64,000 bases of DNA from an uncultured delta proteobacterium. Its GTDB lineage: Bacteria > Myxococcota_A > Polyangia > Polyangiales > Polyangiaceae. Shown here piece by piece: positions 62,879 through 64,000 of this stretch. The notes under the pieces are model-generated. The model saw only the letters and a program-made list of their open reading frames with translations, did not search any database and was not told where the DNA came from. How positions within the stretch are numbered: position 1 is the first letter of the stretch; each line of letters starts with the position of its first letter. The stretch covers positions 3,648,001 through 3,712,000 of the forward strand of contig CAWAIF010000003.1 in assembly GCA_963782055.1 (NCBI GenBank), written 5' to 3'. The position numbers were made by a program, and so were the translations under genes.

Positions 62879-63427
62879 CTACTGCTTCTCGTAGGTCCCC
62901 ATCAGCTGCGTCTCGGCGAGGATGTGGCCGGTCATGGCGCGCTCGAGGGTCTGCTTGGTGGGGGCGTGGAGATCGCCCATGCCGGTGTCCAGCGCGTAGA
63001 GCTTGAAGTAGTAGCGGTGGCGGCCGACGGGCGGACAGGGGCCGCGGTAGCCGGGTTGCTTCCAGTCGTTGTTGCCCTCGCGCGCGCCGGTGGGGAGCGT
63101 GGCGTTGGTGGCCGCCTCCGGGAGCCCCGCGGCGAGCACCGGGATGTCGTAGAGCACCCAGTGGACCCACACCGTCCGGGGCGCGCGCGGGTCGGGAGCG
63201 TCGGGGTCGTCGACGATCAGGGCGAAGCTCTGCGTGCCTGGAGGGGCGCCGGTCCACGAGAGCGCGGGGGAGACGTCGACGCCCTGACAGGTGAACCGGC
63301 CGGGGATGGCGCCCTCGCTGGGGAAGCTCGGGGACGTGATGCGAAAGGACAACGGGACACCTCCTGTGGTCTCGGCGGCGCCGAGGACGGTCAGACACGC
63401 GCAGAGGAGCAGGGTCACCGCGTGCAT
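62879..63427 (-). CDS. YbhB/YbcL (PEBP-family) protein
   Basis: SPALSW, DDPDAP, WVHW, YRGPCPP..HRYYF.LYALD; GGAGG RBS. Confidence 0.92.
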   Translation of the reverse strand: MHAVTLLLCACLTVLGAAETTGGVPLSFRITSPSFPSEGAIPGRFTCQGVDVSPALSWTGAPPGTQSFALIVDDPDAPDPRAPRTVWVHWVLYDIPVLAAGLPEAATNATLPTGAREGNNDWKQPGYRGPCPPVGRHRYYFKLYALDTGMGDLHAPTKQTLERAMTGHILAETQLMGTYEKQ

Positions 63428-63575
63428 GACCTCCCGGAGCAGCAACTGCCGTTCCACACCGCCAGGCCGTCCGTCGCGACCCTGCGCGCCTTCCCGCGCG
63501 CAGCAGCGTCGCACTGGCCGCAAGCCCTGCGGGACGCGCTTCCGACCGAGCCCTCGGACGTGCGACACTGCCGCC

Positions 63576-64000
63576 GTGCCTCGCTTCCTCCTCCGGGTCG
63601 CCCTCGCCATCGGCGCGCTCGGCCTCGGCTGCACGGTCGACACCATCCCCGACGGCCTCCGGACCACCCCGCCCGGTGACGGCCCCACCGTCGTCTTCGA
63701 TCTCACGCGCCGGCCGCTGCCGGAGATCCCGGCGCCCAACGACGTCGCCACCTTCGCCGACCCGACGAGCCGCACCGGCCGCCGCATCAACGTCAGCCTG
63801 GTGGCGCCGACGGAGCTGGAACAGTCGGCGCGCGACGGCTTCAGCGAGATGGAGGGCTGGGGCACCTTCGCGCCCATCAGCGTGTCCTTCACGCGCGGCA
63901 AGGGCACGCCCGCCGGCCAGCCCGCCATCGACCTGGAGCGCGTGCGCGCGCACATGCGCCGCGACGGCCACGACTTCACCGACGACCCGGTCTACGTCAT
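63576..64000 (+). CDS. Paralog of the 58159 lipoprotein hydrolase (5' part; runs off window end)
   Basis: Manual translation: MPRFLLRVALAIGALGLGCTVDTIPDG...IPAPNDVATFADPTSRTGRRIN...MEGWGTFAPI; absent from the ORF track. Confidence 0.88.
   Translation, partial: MPRFLLRVALAIGALGLGCTVDTIPDGLRTTPPGDGPTVVFDLTRRPLPEIPAPNDVATFADPTSRTGRRINVSLVAPTELEQSARDGFSEMEGWGTFAPISVSFTRGKGTPAGQPAIDLERVRAHMRRDGHDFTDDPVYV

Overview
Very GC-rich, densely coding chromosomal segment. Gene content (Cys-rich lipoproteins, MYXO-CTERM-like tail, Ser/Thr kinase-FGE fusion, sigma54 activator, PilT) points to a myxobacterium, probably Polyangiaceae-like; this is an inference. It holds about 53 CDS and one tRNA-Phe(GAA); no integrase, transposase or CRISPR array was seen. 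Recognisable modules: MoxR/DUF58/vWA operon, NUDIX + NAD kinase, fabH, lpxB, bioB, Lon, tsaB, an NAD-salvage operon (pncB-pncA-nrtR) with a clear NrtR-type operator, glgP, and a hutH gene broken by a 1-nt frameshift. The most unusual locus is 52.3-54.1 kb: two convergent four-helix-bundle (23S-IVP/Avd-like) genes, each preceded by a long inverted repeat sharing a GA(A/C)TCCTGCGCG motif and each bracketed by G-rich and C-rich hexamer tandem arrays, with a 26-bp junction sequence present twice. All calls come from reading motifs by eye; no database searches were run, and several start codons were moved from the ORF track to more plausible positions.
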